NCBI RefSeq assembly: GCF_009914755.1
Contig: NC_060930.1
Source of the DNA: the human T2T-CHM13v2.0 reference genome, Homo sapiens
Direction: 5' to 3' (one strand)
Length of the DNA stretch: 64,000 nucleotides
The notes beneath the pieces are model-generated. The model worked only from the letters and a program-made list of their open reading frames with translations. It was not told the DNA's origin and made no database searches. The translations under genes were made by a program, and so were the position numbers. Positions 54,928 to 64,000 of the stretch are shown piece by piece (positions within the stretch are counted from its first letter, which is position 1; the number at the start of each line of letters is the position of its first letter).

Positions 54928-55360
54928 GTGAGGACAGAAATACAGGGATCAAGGCTGTTGCACCTGCCTAGAGTCCCTGCCTACCTTAATAGACCACACC
55001 TGCAACTGTGTGAGTCAACCCTTGGGCACCTGAAACATCCACTCATCCACTCTGCCCAGCAGCAACATAGAATTCTTGACCCTGATGAAAGGCAATATGC
55101 TCTGCAGCTGGTCACTACTAACAAAGTCATCAGGGTGGTTCACTGCTGACCAGTGTGTGGCAGTGAGGTAATTAGTGCCAGATGTTGCTCATTTTGCTTG
55201 CCAACTGCAGCGAATTGGAGTGTATCACAGCCCTGCCTGCTCTGAGGAACTCTGGGAGAGGTTTGTGTTAAGGGAGAGGCATCTGGTGGTGAGATGTTTT
55301 TGGCTAAGCTGCATTTTGCTGGATTCTCTGACTTTTCACAATATTCTGGGCACCAGTTAA
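54928..55360 (+). pseudogene. RNase13-like remnant (T)
   Basis: IQGSRLLHLPRVPAY..QLC...KVIRVVH; CCSFC; FWLSC; compare RNase13 MQIGSRNF..YPRVNY..YC..KIHYVIH. Confidence 0.5.
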
Positions 55361-55589
55361 GTGAACCCTAATAGGAGACTGTAAGGACAATTCGCCAATT
55401 TAACACATGAGGAAGCTGGGGCACAGAAAGATCAAACATCTTATGCACCGTGACCCAGATTGTTAAGTGGGGAGTGACTATTTGAATGTGGCTCCAAAGT
55501 TGACGCTGCTAACCACCACATTCTACAGACTTTCTTTGATTTGCTCAAAATGAAACAAAAAAACGGCACAAGTAAAAAGCATAGATATG

Positions 55590-55900
55590 TTGCATTAATA
55601 TTAACTACTTCCGGTGTGTGACCTGTTGATCAATGGATTGTAAACGTTTGCAGATTTGCTCTACCTAAAAATCATGGCCTTTTGCAATTCATCACGACTT
55701 TTGCTGTTAAAATGAATTAAGGAAAACTAGTTTGTCTACAAGTTTAGTATGTTACAGTGATATGAAAATTGTGATTATAGTTGTAGTTTGTACAGCATTT
55801 TTTAATTTTCCAGGAATCTGACATGGTGCTAATAATATCAATAAAATTGTGTTGGTAGTTTTTTTCAGGGTGAAATAATAGAATTTTAGTTGCCAAAATT
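55590..55900 (+). pseudogene. RNase9-like remnant (U)
   Basis: INYFR..DC-x14-C; NELRKT(S)-LSTSLV-C(55750)-YSDMK-(frameshift)C(55770); later NC...SCQN. Confidence 0.5.
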
Positions 55901-56989
55901 GATTATTCATTAAATTAGAGCTGCAGTAACAATAAAAATTCACATCTCTACTAATGAAATAAGAAGCCGTTCTGAGTATTAGTCAAGAATATTCTGTTTA
56001 TTAGGTTTCATACAAGATTTGACTAGTTAATATGATTATACAAAACTCTATAGATAAAAAAGTATTTCTGTATATTTTCATAAGCTATATAATTACACTG
56101 TAGGAGCAAAACTAGAAGTTTTAGATTGATAAAAAATAAATCTGGTCAATTTTTCTGACACTTAGACCTCTAGAAGTCAAAAAATCATGGCCTCTTCCAA
56201 ACTGAAGCAGATGTAATCATATTTGATTTCAATCAAATACTCAAAAACTAAGATAAGATAAAGATTGAGCTCATCAAGATCCAGCAAAAAAGGTATGTTA
56301 TAAATGATGTTATTCTGATTTAGTTCTTGCTTTCTCCAATTTGTTTATTTTTATGTGACCTAGCTTTATACATTGCAATTTAAAGGAAATGAAAAACAGT
56401 TTTGTTATTTTCTTGTGTTATCTGGGAGATTATCTTATTCTTTTAGGGTTCAAGTGCATAGAGTTGGTGCAATCAGCCACAGTTTATGACACAGTATAAT
56501 TTATGCTTCTTGCATTCTGTTTTAAATTTATTTTCACCTTTTATTTTCCTTCCTTTTATCCCTTTGTATTATGTCTAATATCACCTCATCTTCACCCCAA
56601 TCCATGATGTCACCATAAGCTATGTGAATACAATTTACATGATGGCTTTGGGCTTTTCATCTCTTCACGTTTCTTCACAATATTCATTCAGAATATTGTG
56701 AGTTGTCCATGCTGTCCCCTGTAGATATACTAGTTTCCTTTTCACTGCTGCATAGCATTCCATCATTTGTAATACCACATTGTACCTATCAAGTCCCTAT
56801 TTACAGACATTTACATTGTTTCGCACTCTTTGATTTGATTAATAATTCTGGACAATCTCTTTGTGTATATGTAGAATGATTTTTCTCAAGAGTCATAATG
56901 TGTACACATACACAAATTCACTACAGATTATCTCTGCAGATTAATTCTGATGGTAAAAATTAACATATCATTGTTTTTTATTTTCTCTT

Positions 56990-59900
56990 TTTCCTTCTTT
57001 TATACTTTCAACTTTTATTTTAGGAGGTACCGGGTTCATCTCACTAGGGAGTGCCAGACAGCAGGTGCAGGACAGTGGGTGCAGCGCATCGTGCGCGAGC
57101 CGAAGCAGGGCGAGGCATTGCCTCACTCGGGAAGCGCAAGGGGTCAGAGAGTTCCCTTTCCTAGTCAAAGAAAGGGGTGACAGACGGCACCTGGAAAGTC
57201 TGATTACTCCCACCCTAATACTGCGCTTTTCCGACGGGCTTAAAAAACGGGGCACCAGGAGATTATATCTCGCACCTGGCTCCGAGGCTCCTACGCCCAC
57301 GGAGTCTCGCTGATTGCTAGCACAGCGGTCTGAGATCAAACTGCAAGGCGGCAGCCAGGCTGGGGGAGGGGCGCCCGCCATTGCCCAGGCTTGCTTAGGT
57401 AAACAAAGCAGCCGGGGAAGCTCGAACTGGGTGGAGCCCACCACAGCTCAAGGAGGCCTGCCTGCCTCTGTAGGCTCCACCTCTGGCGGCAGGGCACAGA
57501 CAAACAAAAAGACAGCAGTAACTTCGGCAGACTTAAATGTTCCTGTCTGACAGCTTTGAAGAGAGCAGTGGTTCTCCCAGCACGCAGCTGGAGATCTGAG
57601 AACGGGCAGACTGCCTCCTCAAGTGGGTCCCTGACCCCTGACCCCCGAGCAGCCTAACTGGGAGGCACTGCCCAGTAGGGGCAGACTGACACCTCACACG
57701 GCCAGATTAAGGGGTACGTGTACAGGTTTCTTACACAGGTATATTGTTCGATGCTGATTTGGGAATGAATGATCCCATCACGCAGGTGGGGAGCATGGTA
57801 CCCAACAGTTAGTTTTTCAGCCCTTGCCCCCTCCCTCCTCTTCCCTCTAATAGCCCCCCGTGTCTATTGTTGCCATCTTTATGTTTACGAGTATCTGACG
57901 TTTAGCTCCCACTTACACATGAGATCATGTGGTATTTGGTTTTCTGTTCCTGCATTAATTTGCTTAGGACAATGGCCTCCAGCTCTATCCATGATGCTGC
58001 AGAGGATATAATTTCATTCATTTTCATGGTTGTGTAGTATTCCAAGGTGTATATTACCACATTTCCTTTATTCAGCCCACCATTGATGGGCACCCAGGTT
58101 GATTCCATGTCTTTGCTGTTGTGAACAGTGCTGCAATGAACATATGAGTGCATGTGTGTTTTTGGTGGAATGATTTATTTTCTTTTGGATATATATCCAG
58201 TAATGGGATTGCTGAGTCACATAGTAGTTGTTTTTTCTTTGAAAGATCTCCAAACTCTTTTCCACAGTGGCTTAACTAATTTACATTCCCACCGACAATA
58301 TATGTGTTACCCTTTTTCTGTAGCCTTGCCAGCATCTGTTATTTTTTGACTTTTTAATAATATACATTTTGACTGGTGTGAGATGGCATTTTATTGTGGT
58401 TTTGACTTGCATTTCTCTGATGATTCATGATGTGGAGCATTTTTTTCATGTGTTTGTCACGCACTTGTATTTTGTCTTTTAAGAAGTGTCTGTTCATGTC
58501 TTTTGTCCACTTTTTAATGGGGTTGTTTTTTGCTTGTTGGATTGTTTAAGTTCCTTATAGATCCTGGATATTAGACCTTTGTCAGTTGCATAGTTTACAA
58601 ATATTTTCTGCCATTCTGTAGGTGGTTTGTTTACTCTGTTGATAGTTTCTTTTGTTGTGCAGAAAGCTCATTAGTTTTATTAGGTATCACTTGTCAATTT
58701 TTTTTTTGTTGCAATTGCTTTTGAGGACTTAGTCATAAATTATTTCCCAAGGCCAAAGTCCAAAATGGTATTTTGTATGTTTTCTTCTAGGATTTTTATA
58801 GTTTGAGGCATGACATTTAAATCTTCAATCCATCTTGAGTTAATTTTTGTATACAGTGAAAGAGAGGGGTTCAGTTTTATTCTTCTGCATATAACTAGCC
58901 AGTTATCCCAGCACCATTTATTGAGTAGGGGGTCCTTTCCCTGTTCCTTATTTTTGTCAACTTTGTCAAAGATCAGATGGCTGTATTAGGTGTGTGGCTT
59001 TATTTCTGGAATCTCTATTCTGTTCTGTTGGTCTGTGTACCTGTTTTTGTACCAGTACCACAGTATTTTTGTTACTGTAGCCTTATAGTATAAAGTTGAG
59101 CAATGAGATGCCTCTAGCTTTGTTCTGTTTGCTTCAGACTGCTTCAGCTATTCAGGCCCTTTTTTGGTTCCATATGAATTTTAGAGTAGTTTTTTTTCTA
59201 GTTCTGTGAAAAATAATGTTGGTAGTTTGATAAGAATAGCTTTAATTCTGTAGATTGCTTCGGGCAGTGTGGCCATTCTAATGATATTGATTCTTTCAAT
59301 CCATGACCATAAATTATTTTTCCATTTTTTTGTGTCATCTCTGATTTATTTCAGTAATGTTTTGTAGTTCTTCTCATAAAGACCTTTCATCTCCTTGGTT
59401 AATGTATTTCTAAGTATTTTCTATTTTTGTGTGTGACTATTGTGAATAGGATTGCATTCTTGATTTGGCTTTCAGCTTGAATATTATTGTTGTATAGAAA
59501 TAATACTTATTTTTGGACATTGATTTTGTATCCTGAAACTTTACTGAAGTCATCTGTCAGTTCCAAGAACCTTTTCGGTGGAGTCTTTAGGGTTTTCTAG
59601 GTATGGAATCATATTCTCAGCAAAGAGATCTCATTTGGCTTCTTTTCCTATTTGGGTAACTTTTATTTCTTTCTTTTGCCTGATTGCTCTGGCTAGGGTT
59701 TCCAGTACTGTTGTGGAATAGAATTGGTGAGAATGGGCATTATTGTCCTGTTCTAGTTCTCCAGGGAAATGCTTCCAGCTTTTTCCCATTCAGTACAATG
59801 TTGGCTGCAGGTTTGTCCTAGATGGCTGTTATTATTTTCAGGCATGTTTCTTCAATGCCTAGTTTCTCAAGGGTTTTTATTATAAAAGGATGTTGGATTT

Positions 59901-60905
59901 TATTGAAGGTTTTTCCTGTGTCTATTAAGATGATGATATGGTTTTTGTTTTTAATTCTGTTTATGTGATGAATCACATTTATTAATTTGTGCAATGTTGA
60001 ACCAACTTTGCTTCCCAGGAATAAAGCCTACTTGATTGTGATGAATCACAATTGATGTGCTGCTGGATTTGGTTTGCTGGTATTTTACTGAGAATTTTTG
60101 CATCTATGTTCCTCAGGGATATTGGCATGTGGTTTTCTTTTTTTCATTGTATTTCTTACCAAGTTTTCTTATCAGGTTGATGCTGGCCTTGTAGAATGCG
60201 TTAGAGTACCTCCTCTTCAATTGTTTGGAATATTTCAAGTGAATTGGTACCAGCTCTTCTTTGTACTTCTAGTAGAATTTGGATTTAATTCTTCTGGTCC
60301 AGGGCTTTTGGGGGTTAGTTTTTGATTTTTACTGAATCCATTTTGGAACTCAATATTGGTCTGTTCAGGGTTTTAATTTATTCCTGATTCCATCTCGGGA
60401 GGTTTTTTTCAGGAATTTATCAATTTCCTCTAGATTTTCTAATTTGTGTGCATAAAGATGTTCATAGTAGTCTCTGAGGATCTTTCTTTTGTATTTCTGG
60501 GAGATCATTTGTAATGTCACCTTTGTTGTTTCTGATTAAATTTATTTAAATCGTCTTTCTTTTGTGCTTTGTTAATCCAGCTAGCAGTCTATCAATATCA
60601 TCTATCCTTTAAAATAATCAACTTTTGGTTTTGTTGATTTTTTGTATTTATTTTTAGGTCTCAATTTTATTCCGTTCTGCTCTCATTTTAGTTATTTTTT
60701 TTCATCTGCTACCTTTGGGGTTAGTTTTCTCTGGGTGTGATGGTTAGATCATTAATTTGAGAGCTTTCTAACTTTTTGAAGTAGACATTTAGCACTATAA
60801 ACTTTTCTCTTAACACTGCTTTTGCTGTATTCTAGAGATTTTGGTATATTGTGTTTCTGTTTTCATTTATTTCAAATATTTTTTTATTTCTGCCTTAATT
60901 TTGTT
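56990..60905 (-). mobile_element. 5'-truncated older L1PA (about PA14-16/PB)
   Basis: Reverse complement of L1 3' UTR and ORF2; interrupted at 57024-57703. Confidence 0.92.
57024..57703 (+). mobile_element. Isolated 5' UTR fragment of a young L1PA, CpG-rich, carrying the antisense promoter region and ORF0
   Basis: GAGGTACCGGGTTCATCTCACTAGGGAG...ACCTCACACGGCC; minus-strand MAGAPPPA.. ORF0 from ATG 57381. Confidence 0.93.
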
Positions 60906-62414
60906 AGTTTGAAAATTTTCCTCATTAATGAGATTGAATAATCAGGTATCAACATTCCTTTTTGTGGATTGCCTAATTACATCCTTTCTTGGCTAACTAG
61001 TGGCATTCCTGTCTTATTTTTCCTAAATTAAAGAAATTTCTTCTATATTCAAGATTTTAGTCCTTTTTAGCTATATATTGTGACAGAATCATCTCCATCT
61101 ATAACCTGCCTGTTAATACTGTCCATGATGTTATTTGTGTAAGATAAATCTTTGTGTTATATTCAAAACTCTCAAATTTTGCCTTTATAGAATTTACTTT
61201 ATGTGCATTTTATTTTGTAACATTTTATTGAAGTCTGAGATGCATAAAAAACAAAGATATTTCGTGTACAGTTTGATGAGTGTTTATCTATGTGTAAACC
61301 ATTGTAATGACTATACAGACAGAGAAATTTCTGGCAGCCTAGAAATTTCCTTTATGCCTTCCCAGTCAAAACCTACTCCTTCCGATCCCCCATAGCACCT
61401 ATTCTACAACCACACATCAATGTTTTATTTTTTTGCCTTCATATACATGGAATCATAGTATTTTGCATCTGGTTTTATTCACTCATGACAGTCAGATTCA
61501 TCAATGTTCTTGTAGGTAGCAGTTGTATTTTGTAGCTGTGTGGTTCTCCATTAAGCAAATATGCTGCGGTGTATCTATCCATTCTACTGTTGATGGGCAT
61601 TTGCATTGTTTTGAGTTTGGGGCTATTATGAATAAGCTGGTACTTATTGTACAAAGAATTTTATAAACATATTTTGGTCATATGTCTTTAGGTGGACACA
61701 TATACCCATTTCTCTCCAATATATTTATATAAATATTTATAAGGATACATAACTTTTCTGTGTGAAGGTCTATGTAAACATCTAGTGTCAGGGAATATTA
61801 CAAAACTGGTTTTCAAAGTGACTGTCCCAGTTTACACCCACAACAGCAATATATGAGAGTTCTCATTGCTCTACATTCCTGCCAATATTTTTGTGTTTAG
61901 TCTTTTCAATTATAGCCATTCTCATAAGTGTATTTCGGAATCACATTGTGTTTATTCTTTTAATTTCTCAATATTTAACTTAATTTTTCTAGCTTCTTTA
62001 CCAATATGAGGAACACACCACTTGGAGTACCACTCTAATAATCATTGCGTATAGACTATCAGTTTGCAATTCTACTTCCTGCTTCAATACATTACTATTT
62101 AACCACAATGTTTTCTAATCACAAATATTAACTTTTATCGACTTTACTTTCAGTATCTATGTATATGTAAAATTATTACATTTTTACGGATTAGTTGATA
62201 AATTACTAGGTTTCCTAGTGCTGAATCTTTGTTATATAACCAGAATAAAATGCAATCTATTATGCTGTGAAATTGTTAATCATTTGCTTAGAATTTTGTT
62301 TACTCGGAACACTTTTATTATTATCCACATGCAAGCTTGGCTTGTTGACATTTTAAATGCTATATTTTTGGAACACTAATATCAAGGTTATGTTTGCCTC
62401 ATAAAAGAAACTGA

Positions 62415-62635
62415 TGGGAGGCTGAGGCAGGTGGATCACCTGAGGTCAGGAGTTCGAGACCAGCCTGGCTAACATGGTGAAACCTGATCTGTACTAAAAA
62501 CACAAAATTAGGTGGGCACCTGTAATCCCAGCTACGTGGGAGGCTGAGGCAGGAGAATCACCTGAACCTGGGAGGCGGAGGTGGCAGTGAGCAGAGATTG
62601 TACTTCAGCCTGGGTGACAGAGCAAGGCTCCATCA
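62415..62635 (+). mobile_element. AluS (5'-truncated)
   Basis: GGGAGGCTGAGGCAGGTGGATCACCTGAGG.. Confidence 0.9.
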
Positions 62636-62842
62636 AAGAAAGAAAGAGAGAGAGAGAGAGAAAGAGAGAAAAGAAAGAAAGGAAGGAAGGAAGGGAAAGA
62701 AAGGAGGGAGGGAAAGAGAGGAGAGAAAGAAAGAGAGAAAGAGAAAGAGAGCAAAAGAAAGAAAGAGAAAGAGAGAGAGGAGAGAGAGAGAGAAAGAGAG
62801 AGAGAGAAAGAGAGAAAGAAAGGAAGAAAGAAAGAAAGAGAG
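62636..62842. repeat. Pure-purine (GA/GAAA/GGAA) tract grown from the Alu tail
   Basis: About 200 bp with only A and G apart from one C. Confidence 0.95.
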
Positions 62843-63029
62843 AAACTGGGAGTTTTTCCATTTCTCTTATCTAGAACTGGTCAAATAGCATTGATTAGAT
62901 TACATTCAAAGCATAGTAGAATTTTCTTTGCCACTCTCTAGTCTGATTTTTTTTCAGGAAGTAACACTTTGACAGCAACTCCTATTTCTTCTGTGGCATT
63001 TGGCTTACTTATGTTTTCTTACAGTCAAT

Positions 63030-63290
63030 GTAGTAAGCTGGCTGAAAGCATGGAAGCTGGTGCCAGACAACCATGGTTAGACTCTTTATTCCATCACTTA
63101 CTAGCTATGTGTCCCTAGGCAGGTCGCTTCTTCTGTGCCTCTATTTCTTCATTTGAAAAATGGCAGTAATTAAAATAATAAGCATAAGAATACCTCATAA
63201 GTTGTTGCAAAGAATAAAAGAGTTAAGGTCTGTAAGCTCTCAGAACAGTGCCTGGCACAGAAAAAAAACAACATTTAGTGCTATTGTTTT
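63030..63290 (+). mobile_element. MIR
   Basis: CACTTACTAGCTATGTG..CTGTGCCTCTATTTCTTCATTTGAAAAATGG..CAGAACAGTGCCTGGCACAG. Confidence 0.85.
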
Positions 63291-64000
63291 ATTTCTTCTG
63301 GGGGCAATTTAGACCATTTACATTCTCATAGAAAATATATTTTCATGAAATTAAATAGCATAATTTGGATAGAGCCATCTCTGTTGCTTCTTTCAATTAT
63401 TATTATTTTCCCATTATTATTTTTATGGTTTATTGGCATACTCCCCTCTTTACTCCTTGACTGGTTTTGCTGACAATTTTAACAATTTTATGGTCTGTTT
63501 TTCTCCCCGCAAAAGAACTAATGTGAGATTTATTCATTATTTCTAATGGTTTTCAGTTTCTAATTCATTATTATAATTTTTGTCCCCTTTTTTTCCTTCT
63601 GTTTCCTATAAGTTTATTTTAGTTTTTCTAAGTTCTTGTGTTGGGTGTTTAATTTTTTCTTTTTTTCTTGATTATTTAGATAGACTTATTTTATCTCATC
63701 CATATGCCAAAGGTTCAGATATATAGTCTTACCATAATTTTTGTTTTCTAGATATTTTGCTATTTTGGTACAGCTTTTCTCTTTTACTAAATAATTTTTA
63801 AGAAAGCTTTTTATCTGCTTTTTTTTACAGTTTTTATTTTCTTGTAATAGATGTTGCCTTATTCTCCAATAATCTTATAAATTCATTAATACTTAATTTT
63901 GATCAGAAAATGAGTCTTTTTTAATTTATGAAGTTTACTGAGGTTGTGTTAATATGTGGTCAATTTTTATTTATAGCTCCATGAGCACCTGAAAAGGACA

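Noticed and set aside
62532-62888. Charged ER/K-rich ORFs
   Set aside because: Translation of the purine repeat and Alu.

Overview
Primate (probably human or great-ape) AT-rich genomic DNA with no intact protein-coding gene. More than half is transposable elements: a HERV-H provirus with a truncated 5' LTR, L1s of several ages, Alus, MaLR/ERV LTRs, DNA transposons and MIR/L2. There is also a processed HMGB3 pseudogene joined to an L1. The main unexpected signal is in the non-repeat sequence. From about 0.5 to 56 kb, manual translation repeatedly gives short, frameshifted, stop-containing segments with the cysteine spacing and motifs of the RNase A (pancreatic ribonuclease) superfamily, several resembling the non-canonical epididymal RNases 9/10/12/13. 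About 20 candidate remnants were seen, nearly all on the + strand, suggesting an ancient decayed tandem RNase gene array. These calls were threaded by eye against protein sequences recalled from memory, so they need a frameshift-aware HMM search with shuffled controls. Repeat subfamily names and boundaries are also approximate.
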